From: the human T2T-CHM13v2.0 reference genome, Homo sapiens | Strand: one strand, 5' to 3' | Assembly (NCBI RefSeq): GCF_009914755.1 | Contig: NC_060930.1 | DNA length: 64,000 bases | Notes under the pieces: generated by a model | Told to the model about the DNA's origin: nothing | Databases searched by the model: none | The model's input: only the letters and a program-made list of their open reading frames with translations | Translations under genes and position numbers: made by a program | Shown: piece by piece, positions 1 through 12,253 of the stretch | Numbering within the stretch: the stretch's first letter is position 1 | Layout: each line of letters begins with the position of its first letter

Positions 1-838
1 TTCAAAACAAGATACACTGTGACCAAAAAGCATATGAAAAAAAGGTCAACATCACTGATCATTAGAGAAATGAAAATCAAAACCACAATGAGATACCATC
101 TCACATCAGTCAGAATGGCTATTACTAAAAAGTCAAAAAATAACAGATGCTAGTGAGGTTACGGAGAAAAAGGCACACTTATACACTGCTGGTGGGACTG
201 TAAATTAGTTCAACCATTTGTGGAAAGCAGTGTGGCAATTCCTTAAAGAGCTAAAAAAAAACTACCACTCGACCCAGCAATTCTACTACTGGGTATATAC
301 CCAAAGGAATATAAATCATTCTATTATAAAGACACATGCACACATATGCTCACTGCAGCACTATTCACAATAGCAAAGATATGGAGTCAACCTAAATCCC
401 ATCATTGGTAGACTGGACAATGAAAATGTGGTACATATACATTATGGAATACTATGCAGCCATAAAAAAAGAATGAGACTATCTTCTTTGCAGGAACATG
501 GGTGAAAGCCATTATCTTTAGCAAACTAGCACACCAACAGAAAATCAAATATTGCATGTTCTCACTTATAAGTGGGAGCTAATTGATGAGAACAGATGAA
601 CACATAGAGAGGAACAACAGATACTGGGGCCTACCTGAGGGTAGAGGGTGGGAGGAGAGAGAAAATCTGTAGAAATAACTAATAAGTTCCAGGCTTATAA
701 CTTGGGTGATGAAATAATCCGTACAACAAACCCACATGACCTGAGTTTACCTATATAACAAACCTGCATATGTACTCCTGAACTTAAAATAAAAGTTAAG
801 AAATATAAAAAAAGTTTTAAAAATTAAAAAAAAAAGAA
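1..838 (+). mobile_element. L1 3' end (older L1PA/L1PB type): ORF2 C-terminus, 3'UTR and A-tail
   Basis: Typical motifs aaaaccacaatgagataccatctcac, gcatgttctcacttataagtgggagct and cctgaacttaaaataaaagt, followed by an A-rich tail. Confidence 0.9.
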
Positions 839-2171
839 ATATAGGATTGAGCAACGCTATAAACCATCTAAACCTAACAGACATCTATAGAACACCTATC
901 CATCAAAAGCAGAACATACATTCTTCTCTAGCACGCATGAAACTTCTCCAGGATAGATCATATAGTTAGCTATAAAACAAACCTCAATAATTTTAAAGAA
1001 ATTTAAAATTTAGAAATAATACAAAGTATGTTTTCCAACTACAATGGAATGAAACTAGAAATCAGTAACCAAAAACATTGGAAAACTTACAAATACGTGT
1101 TAAATATGTGAGATGAATGAAAATAAAGATCCAACAGAACAAAACTTACGGGATTAGCTAAAGCAGTGAAAAGGGAAAAATTTATAGCTGTAAATGCATA
1201 TATAAAGAAAAAGTGAGATCTCAAACCAATAACCTATCAACCTTAAGACACTGGAAAAGGAAGAGCAAAATAAACCTAAAGCAAGCAGAAGGAAGGAAAT
1301 AATAAAGCTTAGAGCAAAAAGTAAATGAAATCAAAAATAGAAAAACAATAGAGAAAATAAAGGAAACCAAAGGTGTTCTTTGAAAAGATTAACAAAATTA
1401 ACAAAACTTTAGCTAGATTGACCACGAACAAAAGAGAGAAGACTCAAATTAGTAGGATCATATATAAGTTAGGACATCACTACTAAGTTGAAAGAAGTAA
1501 AAAAAGATTATACAGGAATGCTATAAACAATTGTATATCAATATATTATATACATTAGATGAAAGGGAAAAACTCCTAGAAAGCTACACACTACCAAAAC
1601 CAACTCAAGAAGTAATAGATAATCTGAACAGACCTATAACAAGTAAAAGATTGAATTAGTAATCAAGAAACGACCCACAAAGGCCAGGTCCAGATGGCTT
1701 CACAGTTGAATTCCACTAAATATTTAAAGAAGTTAATACTAATTCCTCACACTCGTTACAAAAAGAGAAGAAAACACTTCCCGATTCATTTTAGGACAGT
1801 ATTACTCTGACACCAAAATCAGATAAACATATCACCAGAAAACTATAGAGCAATATCTCTTAGGAATATGAACACAAAATCCTCAATGAAATACAAGCAA
1901 ACCAAAAGCATCAATATAGAAAACGAATTATAAATCATGATAGTGAGATTAATGTCAGGGATACAAGGTTGGTTCGGCATTAGAAAACCAACTGATAGAC
2001 TACATCATATCAATAGAATTTAAAAAACAAATCACATGATCAGCTCAACAGATGCAGAAAAAAGAACTGGAAAAAATCCAATACTCTTTTGTAATAAAAA
2101 CATTCAACAAAGTAGCTCTTGAAGGGATCTTCCACAATGTGATCAAGGGTATCTGTGAAAAATCCACAGCT

Positions 2172-2477
2172 GGCCAGGCACGGTGGTTCACGCTTGTAAT
2201 CCCAGCACTTTGGGAGGCCAAGGCAAATGCATCATGAGGTCAGGAATTTGAGACCAGCCTGGCCAAGATGGTGAAACCCCACCTCTACTAAAAATACAAA
2301 AACTAGCTGGGTGCAGTGGCAGGCACCTCTAATCCCAGCTACTCAGGAGGTTGAGGCAGGAGAACCGCTTGAACCCAGGAGGCAAGGTGGAGGTTGCCGA
2401 GAGCCAAGATCATGCCACTCTCTAGCCTGGATGACAGGGCAAGACTCCGTCTCAAAAAAAAAAAAAAAAGAAGAAGA
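2172..2477 (+). mobile_element. AluS element
   Basis: Full dimer with A-tail; TSD-like aaaaatccacagct / aaaaatctgcagct. Confidence 0.95.
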
Positions 2478-2802
2478 AAAATCTGCAGCTAACATACATA
2501 GCAGTATTTCATAATGGTGAAAAACTGGATACTTAACCCACTAAGATTAGAAATAAGAAAAAATAAGTCTGCGCTCACCACTTCTATTCAACACTGTACT
2601 GTAGGTTCTAGGCAGGGCAGTTAGGCAAAAGCCAAAAAAAAAAAAAAAAAAAAAAAAGAAATATAAGGCATCTAGATTAAAAAGCAGTAAAACTACATAT
2701 AAAAAAAACCATTAGAAGTGACAAGTTGAGCAAGGTTACAGGATAGAAGATCAATATACAAAAATCAATTGTATTTCTATAACTAGCAATGAAAAATCTG
2801 AA

Positions 2803-3206
2803 AATGTCCATCAGTGATAGACTGGATTAAGAAAATGTGGCACATATACACCATGGAATACTATGCAGCCATAAAAAGGATGAGTTCATGTCCTTTGCAG
2901 GGACATAGATGAAGCTAGAAACCATCATTCTCAGCAAACTATGACAAGGACAGAAAACCAAACACTGCATGTTCTCACTCACAGGTGGGAATTGAACAAT
3001 GAGATCACTTGGACACAGGGCGGGGAACATCACACATGGGAGCCTGTCGGGGGCTGGGGGGCTGGGGGAGGGACAGCATTAGGAGAAGTACCTAAGGTAA
3101 ATGAAGAGTTGATGGGTGCAGCAAACCAACATGGCACATGTATACCTATGTATCAAACCTACACGTTGTGCACATGTACCCTAGAACTTAAAAGTATTAA
3201 AAAAAA
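2803..3206 (+). mobile_element. 5'-truncated L1PA 3' end
   Basis: gactggattaagaaaatgtggcacatatacaccatggaatactatgcagcc ... gtgcacatgtaccctagaacttaaaagta. Confidence 0.92.
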
Positions 3207-3235
3207 TTCCATTTACAATAGCATCAAAAACATTA

Positions 3236-3789
3236 TGTATTAGTCAGGGATCTCTAGAGGAACAGGACTAATAGGATAGATGTATACATGACAGGAAGTT
3301 TATTAAGGCGTATTGACTCACACGATCACAAGGTGAAGTCCCACAAAAGGCCGTCTGCAAGCTGAGAGCAAGGAAGCCAGTCCGAGTCCCAAAACCTCAA
3401 AAGTAGGGAAGCTGACAGGGCAGCCTTCAATCTGTGGCAGAAGGCCCAGGAGCCCCTGGCAAGCCACTGGTGTAAATCCAAGAGTCCAAAAGCTGAAGAA
3501 CTTAAGAGTCCGATGTTCAAGGGCAAGAAGCATCCAGGAAGGGGGTGGGGGGAGATGAATGCCAGAAGACTCAGCCAGTCTAGTCTTTCCATATTCTTCT
3601 GCCTGCTTTATTCTAGCCATGCTGGCAGCTGATTAGATTGCACCCACCCCGACTGAGGGTGGGTCTACCTCTCCCAGTCCACTGACTCAAATTTTAATTT
3701 CCTTTGGCAACACCCTCACAGACACACCCAGGAACAGTATTTTGCATCCTTCAATCCAATCAAGTTTACACTCAATATTAACAATAATA
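3236..3789 (-). mobile_element. MLT2A (HERV-L) solo LTR
   Basis: Reverse complement begins ...ttaatattgagtgtaaacttgattggattgaaggatgcaaa, as in MLT2A. 5-bp TSD CATTA at 3231-3235 and 3790-3794. Confidence 0.9.
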
Positions 3790-4906
3790 CATTACTGGGA
3801 AAAAAAAATCAAACAAAGGAAGTATAAGAGTTCTACACTAAAAACTACAAATATTGCTGAAAGAAATTTTAGAAGATCTACATAAATGGAAAAAACAGTC
3901 ATCTTCATGAATCAGAAGACTAGAACCAGAAGACTACTGCTAGGATCATAATAAACCCCAATTTGCTCTACAGATTAAATCCAATTCCTATCAAAATCCC
4001 AGGTGACTTCTTCATAGAAATTAACAGGCTGATTCTAAAAATCAGATGGAATAGCAGAAAACTCAGAATAGTCAAAATAAACTTGAAGAGAACAAAGTTT
4101 AAGACTCACACTTTCATACTTCTAACTTACTACACAGCAACAGTAATTAAAAGAGTGTAGTACCAGCATGAGGATACACAGACAAATCAACAGAATAGAG
4201 AGTCCAGAAATAAACCCAAGCATCTATGGTCAACCAATTTTTTAAAAGAATGCCAAGACTATTTAAAGGGAAAAGAAGAGACTTTTCAATAAATGATGAT
4301 GGGACAACTGGCCAGTGATGTACAAAAAATTAAGCTGCACCTTTACTGCATACCATATAAAAAATCAACTCAAATGAATAAATGACCTAAATGTAAGAGC
4401 TAAAATGATAAAACTCTCAGAAGAAAACATAGGAATAAATCTTTACAGATGTAGATATGGTAAAAAAAAATTCCTAACTATGACATCAACAGAATGAGCA
4501 ACAAAAGAAAACAGATAATTTAGATTTCATCAAAATAAACAAACTATTTGTGCTTTAAAGGATACCACCATGAAAGTGAAAAGGTAACCCACAGAATAGG
4601 AAAAAAAAAAATCATGTATCTATCTGATAAGGGGTGTGCATCCAAAATATACAATGAACTCTTATAACTCAGTAATAAAAAGAAAACCCAATATAAAAAT
4701 GAGCAAATGATCTGAATTTCTGCATGGACTATACACGAATGACCAATAACCAGGATGAAACTCAACATTAGTCATCAGAGAAAGGCAAATCAAAATCACA
4801 ATGAGATACTACTTAACACCCACTAGAAAGGCTATAAAAATGGAAAATAGCAAGTTTTGGCAAGGATGTGGAGAAAACAGTTTGCTGTTTCCTCAATAAG
4901 TTGTAT

Positions 4907-5198
4907 TGTTGTTGTTGTTTTGTTTTGTTTTTTAAGTTGGGGTTTTGATCTGTCACCCAGGCTGGAGTACAGTGGTACAATCATGGCTCACTACAGCCTG
5001 GAATTCCTGGGCTCCTGCCTCAGCCTCCCAAGTAGCTGGGACTATAGGTGCAAACGAACACACTCAGCTAATTATTTTTTTTGTGGAGACAAGATCTCAC
5101 TAGGTTGCCCAGTTGAGTCTCAAACTCCTGGCCTCAAGCAACCCTCCTGTCTCAGCCTCGCAAAGCGCTGGGATTATAGGCATGAGCCACCATGTGCA
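4907..5198 (-). mobile_element. AluJ element
   Basis: Diverged antisense Alu with a (TTG)n/T-rich tail. Confidence 0.9.
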
Positions 5199-5429
5199 GC
5201 CTCAACAAATTAGACATAGAATCACTATATGGCCCAATAATTCCCTCTAGGTATACACCTAAGAGAACTGAAATACGTGTCCAATCAAAAACATGTGCAC
5301 AAGTTTGGTTATTCATAAAAACCAAAAAATAGAAACCCAAATGTTCATCAAATGATGAACTGATAAATGAAATGTGATATATGAACAAAATGGAATATTA
5401 TTCAGCTATAAAAAAAAAATGAAGTAGTA

Positions 5430-5994
<565 letters not shown>

Positions 5995-6140
5995 TCATCT
6001 GTTAATATACTAAAAACAATCATTGATACACTTTCAATGGATGTCTTGTATGTTATGTGAACTATGAATCAATTAAGCTATGCTTTAAAGCTTACAAACC
6101 AAAATGACTTACAATAGAAAATGTAACAAACAAACAAAAA

Positions 6141-6458
<318 letters not shown>

Positions 6459-8389
6459 CTAAAAGCATTTTGAATGAGTGTCTTGAATTGCTGTGAGTGA
6501 GATACAACCTCTGTGCTTAAGGTTAAGACCGGTACTAAAGAACCTTGAAAATTCAAATAGATAACTACAATACATACCTACATAGTTACTTTCTCCCACC
6601 TGACTTGAAACAAATAGGAAATGCTCTCTATATACAGCATGAACTGTCCTTTAAATCCTATCAACTCCCAAAAAATTTGTTAGTTCTGAAAATGAGACCA
6701 TTTCTTCCATAAGAAAATAATTTATCATGGCAGAGATATCCTTACATATCTTAGCTATTCAATCCAAAATGCAATGTTCATACATGATAAGTTCTAGTTA
6801 GAAATGTTTAACCCAATATATACTTCTAGGAAACCACCAGTATATTTGGAAGATAACTTCTAGTGCCAAGTCCCAAGCATAGGATCACCACACAAAAAAG
6901 CACATTATTTTTTAAAAATAACACACCTAAGACCTAGCAAAAGAGATAAAAAGAGTGCTTTGCTCTTAATAGGATTTCCGTAACTCCAAGATGATCCCAT
7001 CAGAATTCTGAGATCAGCTGCCATTAGATTTAAAGAAATCCCAAAATTATGCTTCCCATAACATTTGCCATTTTCATCCACATTGAGAACAGGTGCTGTT
7101 CTCACTCAAGATTTGCACTACAAACTAATTTGGCAGTCAGAGTGACTGTTCATAAAAGTACAGCTGTCTGGATCACTGCTCTACGCACAGATACAAGTTC
7201 CTGAAGTTATCAAATTAAAAACACAACAACAACAACAAAAAAAACAGCGAGGAAGAAGTTAGCTGCGGGTATAGAAACAGACTTCTACTAAAGAGATTTT
7301 TAAAACAAAACATGAACGAATGCAGCTCTCCAACAATGAAAAGGCAAGTTTCACTATTCTGGCAATAAACTAAAGATATGAGATTTAAGGGAGACACAGT
7401 AGGTATGGACGGGCAACATGCTTTTCCTGGTAGAAATTTTTAAAGTCATTATTATCTGTTAAGGTCTTATCCAATAGACAAAGGTGCTTACAGTTATTCT
7501 TATTAATATAAAGCCTTATTCTTAAAATTAAATTTTTTAAGTAGTTTTTCATAAAATTCATGAATAGAAACAGTCAAAAAATCAACCAAAAGACTCAGTT
7601 GTTGAGATGCCAAAAAAATTATTTCAGGGCATGCACAAACTAAAACAGCATTACTTCCTTTTTTCTTGACAATACAACACATTTAATAAACAAATGCAGC
7701 TTTGAATCTCTCAAGAAAGGTAATCCTCATTTTCCACATACACAGAATTATATCACTGTTATTCCAACAGGAACAATGCTATAGTGTATGTTAAATTCCC
7801 AATACAATATCAAATGAATCACAGATATCACCACAAATACAAAATTAGAAGTAATGTTAAGCTTTTTAAATAATATACCATGGAAAATTACATTATAAAT
7901 CCTATAAAAATCGGCTTAAAAAAGATATAATGAGCCTAAATATGAACCATAAATCTACAAACTGGGTTATGCAGAGGTAAACTGAGGGTTTGTGAAACCA
8001 AAGAATAAATATGACAAACCTAATTAGATTATGGGTTTACTTAAAGATGCAGAAGCAAAATATTATATCCAAGTAAAACACAATTCTTGCTATGTTATTG
8101 TGCTATTTGAACCCTGCTTCTCTGACTACAGTGTTTAAGAAATAATTAAGTAAGCACTAAAACAGGCTTTAAAGCAAATAAAACTTACAAAAGTTTTGTC
8201 AGTTCCATTCTGTTTCCATCTAGTGACTACTAGAGAATTCATTAAAAGTCAAAAATAAGTCTACTTGGAGTTCCAAAAGACCTCATTCAAATGAGAAACC
8301 AACTACTTTCCACATAAATAGTCAACATTCTGAAAAATAGCTGATGATGCACAGTAGGCAGAATATCTTGATGTGAATGAGACATCCTT

Positions 8390-8420
8390 ATCGCTTCTCA
8401 GCCTTTTGGCTAAGATCAAG
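8390..8420 (+). pseudogene. 3'-truncated U2 snRNA retrocopy (nt 1-31)
   Basis: atcgcttctcagccttttggctaagatcaag versus the U2 5' end ATCGCTTCTCGGCCTTTTGGCTAAGATCAAG (30/31 identical). Confidence 0.9.
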
Positions 8421-9048
8421 AACCCTTTCGAATTAGAATACGGTCAGGCAGATTATGGAATTAATGTCAATATTGAGATCAGCCACTAAAGTTATTATTC
8501 AAGGATTGTTCATCGCTCTCCCCTGTTCAATAATTTTATCAGTGATATATAAACTAGAAGACATATTAAATAAAATAAATTAAGAGTATTAATATGGTAC
8601 ATGATAATATCAATACTTTCAAACTTTGTAAATAATCTGATATAATTTAAGAAGTATTAGAGGTAAATATAAAACTCTGCAATTAGATTTAAAAACTCAT
8701 GTGTACTTGCATAAATAAGATGGAGAAAACTGGTACCATAAATACATTACATGAAAGCCTTGAAGGGTAAAGGATTAGTTTTTTGTTTCTTTTTGGTTTT
8801 TTTGCAAGCTTAATGTGAATAAAAAATACAATAAAGGCCAGGAAAAAATTTAATATCTCAATAGTAATACAGTATGTTAAACACCCCATGTACCATTCCA
8901 AAGGATGCTACAATGATTGAACCATATTTATTGAGTTTTGAATTAAATTATAATCTATACTGTTTAAGAAGACTACAATGAAAAATTGAAATACATTCTG
9001 AAAAAAGTAACCAGGATAGTGAAGAGCCTGTTTATAGGATATGTTTTT

Positions 9049-9191
9049 CAAGCTTGTCCAACCCGTGGCCTGTGGGCCGCATGTGGCCTAGGACAGTTTT
9101 GAATGAGTCCCAACACAAATTAGTAAACTTTCTTAAAACACTATGAGATTCTTTTGTGATTTTTTTTTTTTTTTTTTTAGCCCATCGGCTA
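9049..9191 (+). mobile_element. MER30 (hAT-Charlie) left part
   Basis: caagcttgtccaacccgtggcctgtgggccgcatgtggcc...caacacaaattagtaaactttcttaaaaca. Confidence 0.85.
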
Positions 9192-9372
9192 AAAAAGCAG
9201 ATAATGTCAAGTAATATTCTAGGGATGCTACTCAAGTTTTTTTTCCCTAGGTAAAAATGCAACAACTTCTTACTACTACTCTTATAACTTGGTTTCTAAT
9301 GATTCTTCATCTAAGTTCCTTTAGAAATGTCCCTTTTACGGAGCCTCTTAAAAAATCGCATTCAGTCTCATA

Positions 9373-9803
9373 GGCTTCCCCTTGTGGGTAACCCCACCTT
9401 TCTCTCTGGCTGCCTTTAACAGTTTTTCCATCATTTCAACCTTGGTGAACCTGATGATTATGTGTCTTGAGGTTGCTCTTCTTGAGGAGTATCTTGTGGT
9501 GTTCTCTGTATTTCCTGAATTTGAATGTTGGCCTGTCTTGCTAGGTTGGGGAAGTTCTCCTGGATAATATCCTGAAGAGTGTTATCCAACTTGGTTCCAT
9601 TCTCCCCGTCACTTTCAGGTACACCAATCAAATGTAGATTTGGTATTTTCACATAGTCCCATATTTCTTGGAGGCTTTGTTTGTTCCTTTTTATTCTTTT
9701 TTCTCTAATCTTGTCTTCTCACTTTATTTCATTAAGTTAATCTTCAATCTCTGATATTCTTTCTTCTGCTTGATTGACTCGGCTATTGATACTTGTGCAT
9801 TCA
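9373..9803 (-). mobile_element. Internal L1PA ORF1 fragment
   Basis: ORF 9458..9652 reads PNLHLIGVPESDGENGTKLDNTLQDIIQENFPNLARQANIQIQEIQRTPQ, the L1 ORF1p RRM region. Confidence 0.93.
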
Positions 9804-10002
9804 TAATTGAACATAGTATTTCAAATATAATTTGATCAGCACAGATCACAAAGATTATTACCAACCTTGGATTAGTATTAAGCTTCTCTGAACACAGCAC
9901 AAAATGGTAATGACAACAAAATGCTGACTACAAACTCAATATGCAGTCAAACAAAAGCCTTTGGTTTTAATTTTTTTTCCACATGAACTTCTTTTAGGCT
10001 AA

Positions 10003-10316
<314 letters not shown>

Positions 10317-10537
10317 AAACTGTACTTTACATAATATTTTTTAAGTCTAAATGGATCCTTATACAGTTCACTTTTGTACTGTTTCCTCATTTTAGTCTTT
10401 TGGAAGCTTTCTAAGTCCACATTATGTCATCCATCATATCTGTAATACTATCAATGTTGAATCTGACCCTCACAAGTTTTAGAACCACACCTTTATGCAG
10501 ATTACTAATTGAACTGCTGAAGACAGAACCAAATTTA

Positions 10538-10688
10538 AAAACTGCAGGATAAAGAATGAAGGCCTGCTCCCACACTGGCAATGAATCAACATTCAGAGTA
10601 AGGTTTTTCAATAAAACTGCAGGATAAAGAATGAAGACCTGCTCCCAAACAGGCAATGAACCAAAATTCAGAGTAAGGTTTTTTCAAT
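10538..10688. repeat. Tandem duplication, 75-bp unit x2
   Basis: aaaactgcaggataaagaatgaag...ttcagagtaaggtttttcaat repeated with a few mismatches. Confidence 0.9.
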
Positions 10689-10761
10689 CAACTACTAATT
10701 CCATCTAAACTGTATTTTACCAGTCTACATTTCTCTTTCTTCTGTCATTTAGATACTTCCT

Positions 10762-10950
10762 AATATTGTAGCTGCCAGCCACATGAGGCTACTTACATTC
10801 TACATAATTAAAATTAAATAAAATTTAAAATACAATTTCTAAGTTACATTAGCCACATTTTAAGTAATCAACAGCCATATGTGGCTACTGTCTACCATGT
10901 TGGAGAGCAAATACAGAATACATCAATCATCACAAAAAGATGGCATTAGT
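10762..10950 (+). mobile_element. MER33/MER3-like hAT-Charlie relic
   Basis: aattaaaattaaataaaatttaaaa...attagccacattttaagtaatcaacagccatatgtggcta. Confidence 0.7.
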
Positions 10951-11054
10951 CTGGATTCTACTGTAAAATGGTCCGCTCAGATTTAGATGGAATATGTTTA
11001 TATCACACCATTTATCTGTCTAGTTGTATCATACTTACTACCAATTAGTTTTCA

Positions 11055-11505
11055 GAAGTCCACAGTTTACACTGGGGTTCACATTTTGTGTTTTACATTC
11101 TACAAGTTTTAACAAATATATAACTATTATAATGACAAGTAACCACCATTACAGTATCATTCAGAATCATTTCAGTATCACTCATTACCCTTAAAATCCT
11201 GTGTTCTACCTATTCCACCCTTTCTCCCTTTCCCCAAATCCCTGGAAACCATTTATTTTTTCATTGTCTCCATAGTTTTTGCCTTTTGCAGAAGGTCAAA
11301 CAGTTGGAATCACAGAATATGTAGCCTTTTTAGATTGGCTTCTTATACCCAACAATTTTCATTTAAGGTTCTTGTAATTTTTTGTGGCTTGATAGCTCAT
11401 TTCTTTTTATCACTGAATCATATTCTATTAGATGCATTCACCACAGTGTTTACCCATTTACCTAATGAAGGATATCTCAGCTGCTTCCAAGTTTTGGCAA
11501 TTAAG
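11055..11505 (-). mobile_element. L1MC/MD 3' region fragment
   Basis: gtctccatagtttttgccttttgcagaaggtca...gttggaatcacagaatatgtagcctttt. Confidence 0.75.
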
Positions 11506-12140
11506 TCTTTTTTTATTTCAATAAATTTTGCCCTTTATAAATACTATAATGTCCAAAAAACAAGCAAACAAATCCTATACAGACAAATGCTAACAGGATA
11601 CTACTATATTGTACACTTTTCATTTTTCCTTTTTATGTTTTCCAACTCTAAAATTATAAACATATTAATCACAGAAAATTTTTTATTTTCAAACAATACA
11701 AACCAGATTTTATCATTTTTTTCACTTTGTGTCTACTAAGCATACACCATTAATTTAACAAAATGGATTTTCACATTTACCCTATTTAGAATGAACAACA
11801 AAAATTTTAAACAAAAATCCATTATCATGTAGACAAAGGCAGCTCAAAACTAATATACAAGGACTGATATTAAACAACTTAAACTTTATTTCCTTTCAAA
11901 CTTATTTCTCATAAGAAAAATGTTTTTGTCAAACACAATTTAACCACTTGGATATCATGCTGACACACAGTATTTTCTAAAAAAAAAAAAAAAACGAAAA
12001 AAAGCTTAACACTGAAAAAACAATTTAGTAACTCATATTAATAATTATTTCATAATAGCAACAAAACAAATATTTAACAATGCAATCATTTTAGTTTAGC
12101 AAATTATTTAGCCTAATATGTAACTGGAACTAGTTAAGAG

Positions 12141-12253
12141 GAAATGGGGATAAAAAAAGTACAAGGTATCTATTACAGTAGTTCCCCTTTATCCGATAGA
12201 AATGGGGATAAAAAAAGTACAAGGTATCTATTGTAGTAGTTCCCCTTTATCCG
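12141..12253. repeat. Tandem duplication, 58-bp period, including the MER44 left terminal repeat
   Basis: gaaatggggataaaaaaagtacaaggtatctatt..agtagttcccctttatccg occurs twice. Confidence 0.9.
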
